A DNA stretch of 64,000 nt from a virus, in IMG/VR virus record IMGVR_UViG_3300031963_000013. One strand, written 5' to 3'. This document shows positions 9,327 through 19,109 of this stretch, in pieces (position 1 is the stretch's first letter; each line of letters opens with the position of its first letter). Made by a program: the position numbers and the translations under genes. The notes under the pieces were generated by a model. The model did no database searches and was not told where the DNA came from. It was given only the letters and a program-made list of their open reading frames with translations.

Positions 9327-12300
9327 GTAAAATTAAGAAAACGAAGTGGAACATCGAAAAAATTGGTAAGATATACCACGTTAGCGACATTCACGTTAGG
9401 AACTACAAGAGACACCAAGAATACAAAAACGTCTTTCGCGCTCTCTACGAAGAGTTAAAAAATAGGATAACAGAAAACGATATAATCTGTTTGACTGGTG
9501 ACATAGTGCACTCAAAGACCGATGTGAGTCCTGAGCTTTTTCACGAAGTACAAGCGTTGTTGAAAAACCTTTGTTCTATAGGCAAAGTTTTAATGATCCC
9601 TGGCAACCACGATACGAATCTAAACAACATGAATCGTATGGACGCGTTGACACCAATAGTGAACGCTCTAAACGACGAAAACCTTTACTACTTCAAGGAT
9701 TCAGGCGTACTCGAAATAGGAGATTGTATGTTCTACCACTGGTCTGTGTTTGATGCTTCCTCAAAGTATCCGAAAGTAAATAAAAGCGACTCACACAAAA
9801 ACATAGCGTTATACCACGGGTTGGTAAATAACTCTACTACGGAAGCGGGGTATGTGCTACACAGCGATAGTATGAAAGCCGAATCTTTCGACGGATTCGA
9901 TTTAGTGCTACTTGGGGACATACACAAGCAACAATACCTAAACGAAAGTAAGACTATAGCATACCCAGGTTCGCTTATACAGCAAAATCACGGAGAGGAT
10001 CTAATACACGGTATACTTGTGTGGAACATAGAAGATTTTAGTTCAGAATTCCTAGAGATCAGCAACGATACCGCTTTCTATACTGTGGAAGTTAACAACG
10101 GGCTTTTCAACCCGCTGCCAAATAACCTACCAACCAACCTATACCTAAGAATAAAGTATAAAAACACTGATCAAAGCACAATAAAAAGCTTAGTAAACGA
10201 AATAAAAAGGGACAAAAACATCATAGAAGTCTCCTACCAAAAGCTTTACGATTCAAGCAAGCGAGAAAACAGCGCAAACAACGTTAGAGGCGTAGACTTT
10301 AGGTCTGTAGATAAGCAAAGGGAGCTATTGTACAACTACCTAAACAGCAAATATAAGCTTGATGCAGCCTCGATACAAAAGGTGCACGACATAAACGATA
10401 GGATCAATGCGCAATTGCCAAAGAACGAAGTACCAAGAAACAGCATGTGGTTGCCAAAGCGCTTCGAGTTCGAAAACATGTTCAGTTACGGTAAAAACAA
10501 TCACATAGACTTTACGAACATGGAAGGCACTTACGGTCTTTTTGCTCCAAACGCAAGCGGTAAGTCCACTCTGTTAGACGCTATCACGTACTGCATATTC
10601 GATAAGTGCACCAAGAGTACGAGGGGACACCAAGTCATGAATAGCAATTCAAACACGTTCTATTGCAAGCTTGAGTTTGAGCTGAACGGCACAGATTACG
10701 CGATCGAGAGAAACGCAAGGAGGCAAAAGAGTGGAAACGTTAGGGTAGAAGTAGACTTTTATCACTTAGACGATGACGGCAATAAGGTATCGCTAAATGG
10801 TAAAGAGAGAACAGACACCAACAACAACATAAAGAACCTTTTGGGAAGCTACGACGATTTCATACTCACTACGCTGTCAACGCAAAGCGGTAACACAGGC
10901 TTTATAGACATGAACCAAAAGGACCGTAAGGACCTGCTATCACAGTTCCTTGACATAGGAGTGTTCGAACAGATGTACGAAGCAGCAAACGAAAGCTCAA
11001 AGGAAACGATGGCCATAGTTCGTCACCACCAAAAGAACAACTACGACGAACAGCTTTACGAAAAAGAGACAAAGATAGAGGACATCGATAGACAGCTCAA
11101 CAGCGCTATCAGCAACGTTCAAGGCCTAAGAAATAGGATAAAGGACCTAAACGAAAAGAGGATTCAATTAGCAACCAAGTTCCAGGACGTAGATGAATCT
11201 GTGATAGACGAAACAGTGCTACTGGACAAGAAGAACGAAGCCCAGTCGATGTTAAACGATCTCTCTGTTGATAAAAGCAACCTAAAGCGCAAAGAAGACT
11301 CTTTAAATCAAGACGAAGAAGCGTTGAAATCTTCTATAGATGAGATAGACGAAGCGCAATTGAAACAAAGAGAGAAATCAATATCAGAAGTTAAGAACAA
11401 AATAAACGCGGTTAACTTAGAAATAAAGCAAATAGAGAGCGACATTTTCCACAAAAATAAGAAAATGGAGCAGTTAAAAGAGCTAAAGTACGACGAAAAC
11501 TGTAAGTATTGCATGGACAACATCTTTGTTAAGGATGCAATAAACACAAAAAGCGAATTACAAAAGGACCAATCTAATTTACAAAATAAAAAGAAAGAAT
11601 TAAGCGAGTTAAAAGAACAACTGCAACAGTACGGAGACGTAGATGCTGACAAAAGAAAGCTGTTAGACCTAAAAAATAAGCTAAATGCGCTAGTAAGTTC
11701 GCAGTTAAAGCTAAAGAAAGACACAATAGATAACGAAAACAGTGTACAAAAAGTAAAATCAGGCATTCAAAAGATAGACGAAAAGCTTGAAGAGAGAAAG
11801 AAACTATTAAAGGCTATAGAAAGCAACAATAGAATAAACCAAGAGATAGAGATAATAAAGAAACAAGCGCAAGAGGCTGACAAAGAGTTAAAAGAGGCAG
11901 AAGAAAACGCATCAAAGTACGACAGAGAGAAGACAGTGTTAGACTCTTCTATAAAGGACCTAAAGAAGTCTATAAACGAGCTAAAGACTTTCGAACAGGA
12001 GATGCTCCACTACCAATATTACTTAGAAGCTGTACACCGAGACGGCGTACCGCACGATTTGATAGCGATGACAATACCTCAAGTAGAAGAAGAGGTAAAC
12101 AACATACTATCCCAGCTCGTAGACTTTAGAATAATACTACAAACTGACGATAAAAACGTAAACGCGTACATAGCGTACAGCGAAGAAGAGTACTGGCCGA
12201 TAGAACTAACCTCGGGTATGGAGAAGTTTGTGTCTTCTTTGGCCATAAGAACGTCTTTGATAGGCATATCGACTTTACCAAGGCCGAACTTTATGGCTAT

Positions 12301-12484
12301 AGACGAAGGCTTTGGTGCTTTGGACAAGTCAAATCTAAGCTCAATGGCCATGTTGTTCGACTACCTAAAAACGCAGTTCAAGTTTGTTATGGTAATATCT
12401 CACATAGATTCTATGAGGGACATTGTAGATTCGCACATAGAGATAAACAAAGTGGACGGTCGCTCAAACGTTAAGCATAAGTAG
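9323..12484 (+). CDS. Fused Mre11/SbcD nuclease and Rad50/SbcC ATPase (gp47-gp46 fusion)
   Basis: DIH, GDIVH, GNHD and LGDIH phosphoesterase motifs; then Walker A APNASGKS, coiled coil with CKYC hook, signature TSGMEK, Walker B IDEGFGALD and ISH. Confidence 0.92.
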   Translation: MSKIKKTKWNIEKIGKIYHVSDIHVRNYKRHQEYKNVFRALYEELKNRITENDIICLTGDIVHSKTDVSPELFHEVQALLKNLCSIGKVLMIPGNHDTNLNNMNRMDALTPIVNALNDENLYYFKDSGVLEIGDCMFYHWSVFDASSKYPKVNKSDSHKNIALYHGLVNNSTTEAGYVLHSDSMKAESFDGFDLVLLGDIHKQQYLNESKTIAYPGSLIQQNHGEDLIHGILVWNIEDFSSEFLEISNDTAFYTVEVNNGLFNPLPNNLPTNLYLRIKYKNTDQSTIKSLVNEIKRDKNIIEVSYQKLYDSSKRENSANNVRGVDFRSVDKQRELLYNYLNSKYKLDAASIQKVHDINDRINAQLPKNEVPRNSMWLPKRFEFENMFSYGKNNHIDFTNMEGTYGLFAPNASGKSTLLDAITYCIFDKCTKSTRGHQVMNSNSNTFYCKLEFELNGTDYAIERNARRQKSGNVRVEVDFYHLDDDGNKVSLNGKERTDTNNNIKNLLGSYDDFILTTLSTQSGNTGFIDMNQKDRKDLLSQFLDIGVFEQMYEAANESSKETMAIVRHHQKNNYDEQLYEKETKIEDIDRQLNSAISNVQGLRNRIKDLNEKRIQLATKFQDVDESVIDETVLLDKKNEAQSMLNDLSVDKSNLKRKEDSLNQDEEALKSSIDEIDEAQLKQREKSISEVKNKINAVNLEIKQIESDIFHKNKKMEQLKELKYDENCKYCMDNIFVKDAINTKSELQKDQSNLQNKKKELSELKEQLQQYGDVDADKRKLLDLKNKLNALVSSQLKLKKDTIDNENSVQKVKSGIQKIDEKLEERKKLLKAIESNNRINQEIEIIKKQAQEADKELKEAEENASKYDREKTVLDSSIKDLKKSINELKTFEQEMLHYQYYLEAVHRDGVPHDLIAMTIPQVEEEVNNILSQLVDFRIILQTDDKNVNAYIAYSEEEYWPIELTSGMEKFVSSLAIRTSLIGISTLPRPNFMAIDEGFGALDKSNLSSMAMLFDYLKTQFKFVMVISHIDSMRDIVDSHIEINKVDGRSNVKHK

Positions 12485-12499
12485 CGTATATTTATTTAT

Positions 12500-14161
12500 A
12501 TGGTAAAAAAGGTAATAGCTGTGTATCCTGGACGTTTCCAACCGATGGGAAAGCACCATGCAGCTACTTTCAAGTGGCTTCAAGACAAATTTGGCAAGGA
12601 TAACACATACATAGTTACTTCCGATAAGGTAGAAATGCCTAAAAGCCCTTTAAATTTTCAAGAAAAAAAAGCTATCGCTGATAAGTACGGTTTTGGAGAC
12701 AACCTCGTAAAGGTAAAAAACCCCTACAAAGCAGAAGAGGTGACATCAAACTACGATCCAAACACCACCGCTATAGTATTTATGGTCGGTAAAAAAGACA
12801 TGGAAGAGGATCCGAGATTTAAAATAGGCCTAAAGAAAGACGGCACTCCTGGGTACTTTAAGAGGTACGAGCCGGGGAAACAGATGGAACCCTTTACAAA
12901 GCACGGTTATTTAATAGTTGCTCCTCATGTATCGCTAAAGACTCCAGACGGACAAGAGATGAGCGGCACAAGCATACGTTCTGTATTATCAAACCCAAAA
13001 TCAACAGCTGAAGACTTCAAACAGATCTTTGGTTGGTACGATCCCAAGATAGAGCGCATGATCAAATCCAAATTCGAAAAAAAAGATAACGCACCTATGA
13101 AAGAAAGCTCAATATCGCTCTTAAACCTGTTAACCGAAGGAGGCACCGGTGGACATATGGCTCACCCATTCGATCTACCAAGCGTAAACACAGGAAACGA
13201 CTTAATAAAAACTTTTATATTAGCTGTAAAGTCTTTACAAAAGAATCCTGGTTCGGTTAAAATAGACGGCGTTAACGCTTCTGTGAGACTTGTTGAACTT
13301 GACGGTAAGAAACAGTTCGTAATGGACCGTGGATCTAACAAACCGCTAGATGTAAAAGGCATAACTAAGGCGGATCTAGAAGATAGGTTCGCTCCCGGTC
13401 ACGGAATGGTTAAGATAGGAGGAGAGGTGTTAGACATATTCAACGAATCTTTACCAAGCATACAGCCGGAACTAGCCAAACTCGGACTCCTGGACAACCC
13501 AAACATACTACTAAACATAGAATACGTATCAGGCAAGACAAACGTTCAAGATTACGGTAAAAATTTTTTGGCCATACACGGTCTTCTGAAGATACAGCAA
13601 GTGACCGAAAAGAGAAGAGCCGCAAAAGAGATACCTTACGACAAAAAAGCGCTACAATCGATGATAAACAAAATGGCACCGATTGCAAAAGAGTACGATT
13701 TTGAAATATACGGATCAATACCAGCAAAGGTAGGAAAAGAACCAAACTTCTCTAGCGAACTGTCAAAATCTTACACTGTAAATTACTCAAAAGGCAAAAA
13801 AGAGACAAAGAGTCTAAAAGATTGGTTAAAAACTACAAAGATACCGAAAGGCGTGAAGGTCACTCTAGCAGACGGTAAAAAAATAGACGCGTTAAGTAAG
13901 CAAGTGTTTGTAGGAATAAAAAACGGAACACCGCTTGACAAACTTTTAGCTAACGAAGAAGACTACAAAGCGGCCATCGACGGATTCGTAACGTATTTGG
14001 CAACCATGCAGCTTGGAGACGCTGTTTTAAAATCTATGGATAGTCCTTTAGGCGCAGTAGAAGATCAAGAGGGAGTTGTAATACGTGACAAGAGCATATA
14101 CGATAAGCCTTTTAAACTAACAGGATCTTTCATACTCAGGGGTTTAGCAACATCATTCTAA
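12500..14161 (+). CDS. Two-domain protein: cytidylyltransferase-like nucleotidyltransferase plus a phage domain starting GGHMAHPFD
   Basis: YPGRFQP and MSGTSIR motifs; second domain has HMAHPFD..VKIDG..EGVV after the linker SLLNLLTE. Confidence 0.7.
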   Translation: MVKKVIAVYPGRFQPMGKHHAATFKWLQDKFGKDNTYIVTSDKVEMPKSPLNFQEKKAIADKYGFGDNLVKVKNPYKAEEVTSNYDPNTTAIVFMVGKKDMEEDPRFKIGLKKDGTPGYFKRYEPGKQMEPFTKHGYLIVAPHVSLKTPDGQEMSGTSIRSVLSNPKSTAEDFKQIFGWYDPKIERMIKSKFEKKDNAPMKESSISLLNLLTEGGTGGHMAHPFDLPSVNTGNDLIKTFILAVKSLQKNPGSVKIDGVNASVRLVELDGKKQFVMDRGSNKPLDVKGITKADLEDRFAPGHGMVKIGGEVLDIFNESLPSIQPELAKLGLLDNPNILLNIEYVSGKTNVQDYGKNFLAIHGLLKIQQVTEKRRAAKEIPYDKKALQSMINKMAPIAKEYDFEIYGSIPAKVGKEPNFSSELSKSYTVNYSKGKKETKSLKDWLKTTKIPKGVKVTLADGKKIDALSKQVFVGIKNGTPLDKLLANEEDYKAAIDGFVTYLATMQLGDAVLKSMDSPLGAVEDQEGVVIRDKSIYDKPFKLTGSFILRGLATSF

Positions 14162-14165
14162 ATAA

Positions 14166-15062
14166 ATGGAAGAACAACAAAGAATATCTATATACAAGGA
14201 CTTTCTCAAGTTCTGTTACGGAGAGTTGAACATAAAACACGCTCCCCGTATCAAGATAACTAGGGACAAGAACTTTGTAAAAATAAATTACAGTTTCGGA
14301 GGCTACTATCCGCAAGAGAAAGCAATAGTAGTGTACGACAACAACAGAAACTTAGCGGATTGTCTAAGAACGCTTGCTCACGAACTCGTGCACCACAGCC
14401 AAAACGAAAAAGGATCGCTAAAACCAGAATCAGGAAAAGACGGTAGCGAACACGAGAACGAAGCAAACTCAAAAGCTGGTATCATACTCAGATCTTACGG
14501 TAGACAGCACCCGATCATATACGAAAACAAAAGTTTGGGAATGCTTATGGAAGATCTTAAGAAGTACCAACTTTATTGCGATATGGACGGTGTCCTCTGC
14601 GATTTTGATGCGCAGTTCGATAAGTACTTTGGAATGGGACCCAAAGAGTACATAAAAGAAAGGGGTTTACCGTCTTTCGAATCAGCGATCGAAGACGCAG
14701 GCGTAGAGTTTTGGTCGACAATGTCATGGTTTCCCGGAAGTCAAGAGATTTGGAAAAAAATAGGAAAGCACGGTACGATAATACTTTCCAGCCCAAGTAA
14801 CTTTACAGACGCTAAAGAAGGCAAAAGACTGTGGATAGAAAAGAACTTGAATCCAAAACCAAAGGCGATAATATTCAAACAAACAGGGGACAAACACTCG
14901 ATATTGGCTAACAAAAGCGAAGAAGAGATAAAGACTTCTGTACTTATAGACGATTACGATGTAAACCTAAAACCGTGGAAAGCAGCTGGCGGTGTGGGAA
15001 TAAAGCACGAAAATCAAACAGACACATCTCACGCATTACAAACGCTAGACAAAAAGAAATAA
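14166..15062 (+). CDS. Two-domain protein: HExxH metallopeptidase-like domain plus HAD 5'(3')-deoxyribonucleotidase-like domain
   Basis: TLAHELVHH..ENEAN; then CDMDGVLCDF, LSSP, GKRLW and LIDD. Confidence 0.8.
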   Translation: MEEQQRISIYKDFLKFCYGELNIKHAPRIKITRDKNFVKINYSFGGYYPQEKAIVVYDNNRNLADCLRTLAHELVHHSQNEKGSLKPESGKDGSEHENEANSKAGIILRSYGRQHPIIYENKSLGMLMEDLKKYQLYCDMDGVLCDFDAQFDKYFGMGPKEYIKERGLPSFESAIEDAGVEFWSTMSWFPGSQEIWKKIGKHGTIILSSPSNFTDAKEGKRLWIEKNLNPKPKAIIFKQTGDKHSILANKSEEEIKTSVLIDDYDVNLKPWKAAGGVGIKHENQTDTSHALQTLDKKK

Positions 15063-15063
15063 A

Positions 15064-15174
15064 ATGGCAAGAGCAAAAGAAAGATTGAAACCCAAAAGGA
15101 GCAAAAAGTCTAGACTAAAAAATGCTGCAAGAATAAAAGCGAATAACGAAATATTAAAAAAATACGCATCATGA
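15064..15174 (+). CDS. Small basic protein (36 aa, not in the ORF track)
   Basis: MARAKERLKPKRSKKSRLKNAARIKANNEILKKYAS; fills the gap and overlaps the next start (ATGA). Confidence 0.6.
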   Translation: MARAKERLKPKRSKKSRLKNAARIKANNEILKKYAS

Positions 15175-15491
15175 TAAAAATAGAAAGTCTTTTGTTTGAG
15201 AATGCTTTCAAATTGATTTCCACAAAACCGCCGCAGGTTTTTGGCATGAGAAAAGCTGTGTATAAAAGCAAAGACGGTACCACAGTAAGCGTAGTGCATA
15301 GCGACTATTCTAGAAGCATGAGAACCGGTTCAGCACTAAACGGGTATTCTTCAGTGTGGGAAGGAAACAATTTTATAGACGACGTAGAATTCAAAGGAGA
15401 AAATCACGTTGAAAAGGCTACTAAATACCTTTTAAAAAAATACGGTATAACCCACGATGTTTCTAAACTAAAAAAATATCAAAGTAAATGA
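15171..15491 (+). CDS. Putative internal head protein
   Basis: N-terminal MIKIESLLFE leader. Confidence 0.55.
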   Translation: MIKIESLLFENAFKLISTKPPQVFGMRKAVYKSKDGTTVSVVHSDYSRSMRTGSALNGYSSVWEGNNFIDDVEFKGENHVEKATKYLLKKYGITHDVSKLKKYQSK

Positions 15492-15727
15492 TTAAATTAT
15501 TACCAATATTAAAAGAGCACGGAGACCAACCGCCTTACATGTATTCTAAGTACGGGTTTGGCTGCCACGTGTGTTCTTACTACGAGCTAAAAGAAGGCAA
15601 ACACTATTGCAACAGTACAGATTACAAGGAACACATGGGAACAGACGAGCTAATTAATCCAGAAACGGGAGAACAGATAGAAGATCCAACTAAGTGGTGT
15701 AGCAATTGGTTCGAACCACTAAAATAA
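15488..15727 (+). CDS. Putative internal head protein with a 4-Cys metal-binding domain
   Basis: MIKLLPILKE leader; CxxC-x11-C-x28-WC. Confidence 0.55.
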   Translation: MIKLLPILKEHGDQPPYMYSKYGFGCHVCSYYELKEGKHYCNSTDYKEHMGTDELINPETGEQIEDPTKWCSNWFEPLK

Positions 15728-15746
15728 TAAAAAATAAAATAATGTT

Positions 15747-16316
15747 ATGAGCGAAAACAACCTAAAGAAAGAGTTCTCAAAAAGAGAAGTGCAACGCATG
15801 CGCAACTTAATCACAGGTAAAACAGGTGATAGAACGCAAGTACAAGCTGGTTACGAAAAGAACAAGTACGATCACAAAGAGGGAGACGTTTGGGAAGAGA
15901 GCGGTAAACAATGGACAATAAAGAACGGCATAAAACAAACCATGACCAAATTGGATACGTTTAAAAAGCTGGTTGTACTACCTATATGTTGTCCAGAGTG
16001 CAACAAACACATGAAGTCTAACGATCTTAACAAAAAAATGTACTCAATTCATGGTAAGTGTTTAGATTGCGTTATAGATATGGAAAGCAAATTAAAGTTG
16101 GAGAACAGGTACGATGACTACGCTAAATCTATACTCAACAACAATCACAACACGTATTTGGAAGACGTAGAATCCGCTTTAGAAGCTTGGTACAACGAGA
16201 ACGAGTCGTACGTTACCGAAGCTGGAGAGATCGAAGCTTGGAAGGGTGGGAACAAAAAAGATATATACGATCAAGTAAAACGTCAATTAGACAAGATAAA
16301 GAGCGAGCAACGCTGA
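15747..16316 (+). CDS. Zinc-finger-containing hypothetical protein
   Basis: GDVWEESGKQWTIKNG motif; CPEC..CLDC. Confidence 0.65.
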   Translation: MSENNLKKEFSKREVQRMRNLITGKTGDRTQVQAGYEKNKYDHKEGDVWEESGKQWTIKNGIKQTMTKLDTFKKLVVLPICCPECNKHMKSNDLNKKMYSIHGKCLDCVIDMESKLKLENRYDDYAKSILNNNHNTYLEDVESALEAWYNENESYVTEAGEIEAWKGGNKKDIYDQVKRQLDKIKSEQR

Positions 16317-16344
16317 TATTTATAGATAAGCAAATAAAAAACAC

Positions 16345-17163
16345 ATGCCAGCAGCATCACAACAACAACAAAAGCTTATGGGAATAGTACGCGGTATCCA
16401 AAAGGGTACAGTAGATCCCAAAGACGTATCAGCAAAAGCCGGAGAAATGGCAAAATCCATGAAACCGGGAGAGGTTAAAAAATTCGCGTCCACAAAACAC
16501 AAAGGACTGCCAAAGAAAGTAAAGAAAGAAGCGTTAGAGGGCACCATAAGTGAACTTTACGTTGTAACGTCGCCTTATCCTGGATGCACACCAGACTCAC
16601 TGGTTAAGCCCATCGACCCGCTTAGTGGAATATCAGGAACCGAAATAAATCCTGACCAAGTGCAAGGGGTTTATCCCAATGCTGATCAAGCGATGGTGAT
16701 AGCAGAAAGAATGTGCGCTGAGTACGAAGAGGGGCAAAGAATGCTCGAAGAGAAGAAGGGAACGACTACAGAGAAGTTAAAGAAAGCGATAGACAAGCTT
16801 GAAAAGAAGCGTAAGGAACACATGGATGCAATGAAGGAAGATCCAAAGAAGGCAAGCGACCACAAAGAAGCAGTTGCGAACATAGCAAGCAAGATAGACG
16901 ACTATCTGACAAAGCTTGAAAAAATCGAGAAGAGCAAAAAGGCTGATGAAAAAGAAAAGATTAACGAAGCGCCAAGAGTCACTGTACAGCAACTTTTTAC
17001 ATCGTTGGATAGCAAAAATCTAAGCAACGACAAATTAGAGGATTTAGAATACGTAAAAAAATTGATAGATACAATACTAGATAAAGAGTACGATACTGTA
17101 GCCGACAACCCAGAAGAGCTAGCTAAAGATTACATCTCTAAACGTAAAAAAGATAAAAAATAA
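16345..17163 (+). CDS. Modular protein with a basic DUF3008-like N-terminus
   Basis: MPAASQQQQKLMG..KFASTKHKGLPKKV; internal LEE and INE sites. Confidence 0.55.
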   Translation: MPAASQQQQKLMGIVRGIQKGTVDPKDVSAKAGEMAKSMKPGEVKKFASTKHKGLPKKVKKEALEGTISELYVVTSPYPGCTPDSLVKPIDPLSGISGTEINPDQVQGVYPNADQAMVIAERMCAEYEEGQRMLEEKKGTTTEKLKKAIDKLEKKRKEHMDAMKEDPKKASDHKEAVANIASKIDDYLTKLEKIEKSKKADEKEKINEAPRVTVQQLFTSLDSKNLSNDKLEDLEYVKKLIDTILDKEYDTVADNPEELAKDYISKRKKDKK

Positions 17164-17168
17164 TTACA

Positions 17169-17540
17169 ATGGAAGCAGTAGGACTTTTCTTGGGTACATT
17201 GATGCAGAGCAGAAACCAAGCCCACGTGTATCACCTTCAAGTTACAGGACCCGGATCTCACGCAGCGCATCTAGCGTTACAAGCGTACTACGAAGGCATC
17301 GTTCCTTTGATAGACGCTTTAGCTGAAGGCATACAGGGACGCTACGGCATAATCAAAGGGTACCAAATGGCAGGAGCGATAAAGGAAGACAACAACTTCG
17401 TTTCTTACTTCGAAACTCTTTGTAAATTCGTTGAAGCGACAAGGAGACAGATACCCCAGGATTCTTACGTTCAGAACCAAGTTGATACAATAGTAGACCT
17501 TATAGAAAGCACAAAGTACAAACTAAGAAACCTTCAGTAA
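17169..17540 (+). CDS. Ferritin/Dps-like four-helix bundle protein
   Basis: HVYHLQ..HLALQAYYEGIVPLIDALAE Dps-like ligand pattern; C-terminal YKLRNL. Confidence 0.75.
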   Translation: MEAVGLFLGTLMQSRNQAHVYHLQVTGPGSHAAHLALQAYYEGIVPLIDALAEGIQGRYGIIKGYQMAGAIKEDNNFVSYFETLCKFVEATRRQIPQDSYVQNQVDTIVDLIESTKYKLRNLQ

Positions 17541-18130
17541 TGTGCAATTGCAATAGAATATCGTTACACGAATCTGTGAATAGGCTTCTGGTGTCAGAGG
17601 GCTTGAACTACCACCTTCAAAACAACGTTCCCATCAACGAGAACATATACAGACCTCAGTCTACATCGTTTATGGATCTCATAGTCGAAGTAAGAGGTCT
17701 TTACGATAGCGGTAAAATAAACTTATCTGAAGAAGATAGAGACTACTTCGAAGGCACAGACATAGGCAAATTTGGACTTTACGAAGGGATAAAAGTACCG
17801 TTAGACTTTCCAATGACGCTAGAGTTTTTGACGGAAGTAAAAAAGAAGTCAAAGAAAAAACAGCCCGAACTAAACAAACCAAAGCGTGGAGGACCCAAAA
17901 AGTTCTACGTTTACGTTAGGAAACCGGGTGGAGGAATAAAAAAGGTTACGTTCGGAGACACAACAGGTCTCAGCGCAAAGATCAACAACCCCGAAGCGAG
18001 GAAGTCCTTTGCAGCAAGACACAAATGCTCTCAGGCAAAAGATAAAACGACACCAAAGTATTGGAGCTGTAGACTACCGAGGTACGCAAGCCTATTGGGT
18101 CTAAAAAGCAACTTCACAGGATTCTGGTAG
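17540..18130 (+). CDS. Two-part phage protein with a basic C-terminal domain (DUF6321-like)
   Basis: KKFYVYVRKPGGGIKKVTFGD..RKSFAARHKC..YWSC after the FLTE site. Confidence 0.65.
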   Translation: MCNCNRISLHESVNRLLVSEGLNYHLQNNVPINENIYRPQSTSFMDLIVEVRGLYDSGKINLSEEDRDYFEGTDIGKFGLYEGIKVPLDFPMTLEFLTEVKKKSKKKQPELNKPKRGGPKKFYVYVRKPGGGIKKVTFGDTTGLSAKINNPEARKSFAARHKCSQAKDKTTPKYWSCRLPRYASLLGLKSNFTGFW

Positions 18131-18185
18131 TCGTTATTTTTAATTCAAATCGATAGTATGGACCCCGACGGGAAACAAACATTAC

Positions 18186-18398
18186 ATGACCTGGAGATCA
18201 AAATTCTTAAAAAACGTATCAACGACGTGTCTCATGCTGGCGATGTTTTTCAATCCGCTTGGCTTCGACGCACTATTCAAACTAGTGATGGATTGGACCG
18301 GTTCCTATTGGACTACGGATTTGATTTTCTATGGCGTTGCGCTTTCTTTTCTTGGGTTATATTTCTTCTTCAAAAAGCGTTCTGAAAAACATGTCTAG
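18186..18398 (+). CDS. Small membrane protein
   Basis: Two hydrophobic segments; FFNPLGFDALF. Confidence 0.6.
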   Translation: MTWRSKFLKNVSTTCLMLAMFFNPLGFDALFKLVMDWTGSYWTTDLIFYGVALSFLGLYFFFKKRSEKHV

Positions 18399-18663
18399 GC
18401 CTTACATCGATAATCTAGTAGGCAATACAATAACACGTACTTTCGATCAATCAATAGATCCAATAGAGCTGATGTGGCACAGGGACCTAAAAGATAGGAC
18501 TGTAACAGCTACGCACAACACAGACTGGAAGGTACAATTGGACAACGAACTGCCTACTGTAATAAAAGACAGCATATTTATACCTAAACTGGCGTGGCAC
18601 CGTGTCATAAAAGGCGCAGGAGCGCTGACAGTCAAAATAACCGAGCATGAAACAGCAAATTAA
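18391..18663 (+). CDS. Small cupin-like protein
   Basis: WHRD..IFIPKLAWHRVIKG cupin motifs; start at ATG 18391. Confidence 0.65.
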   Translation: MSRPYIDNLVGNTITRTFDQSIDPIELMWHRDLKDRTVTATHNTDWKVQLDNELPTVIKDSIFIPKLAWHRVIKGAGALTVKITEHETAN

Positions 18664-18931
18664 CGAAGTAAAAAGAATGCAAAAATTAGCTGGTATACTT
18701 AAAGAAAACAGCTACGCAGTCTATCAAGAATTGATTGATGATATAGTAGCCTTAGCGAGTAATAGCCCTTACAGTGAATACGAAGCAACGATAGATTTAT
18801 TGAAACAAGAAAAAATAGGAAGCGATGAATTTATAGAGGACCTAATGAAATATGCAAGAGGTGCTAACTATCATGATATAGCAGACGCATGTGAAGATTT
18901 GTTAAGAGGTATACATGCAGAACAAAGCTAA
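18647..18931 (+). CDS. Putative internal head protein with a scaffold-like motif
   Basis: MKQQINEVKRMQKLAGILKE matches the scaffold C-terminus RWQKIAGIK. Confidence 0.6.
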   Translation: MKQQINEVKRMQKLAGILKENSYAVYQELIDDIVALASNSPYSEYEATIDLLKQEKIGSDEFIEDLMKYARGANYHDIADACEDLLRGIHAEQS

Positions 18932-18944
18932 AAATTAAACGAAC

Positions 18945-19109
18945 ATGATTAGCTTACTCAGCATACTAAAAATGATAACTGAAGAAAAACCTGGACTTTG
19001 GGCAAACATACGAGCAAAAAGAGCTCGCGGTGAGAAGCCTGCTAAGAAAGGGTCAAAAGCGTACAAATCTGCTGTTAAAGCGGCTAAAGAGATAAACAAA
19101 AAGAACTAA
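18945..19109 (+). CDS. Small basic putative internal head protein (54 aa, not in the ORF track)
   Basis: MISLLSILKMITEE-KPGLWANIRAKRARGEKPAKKGSKAYKSAVKAAKEINKKN; stop overlaps the next ATG. Confidence 0.7.
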   Translation: MISLLSILKMITEEKPGLWANIRAKRARGEKPAKKGSKAYKSAVKAAKEINKKN

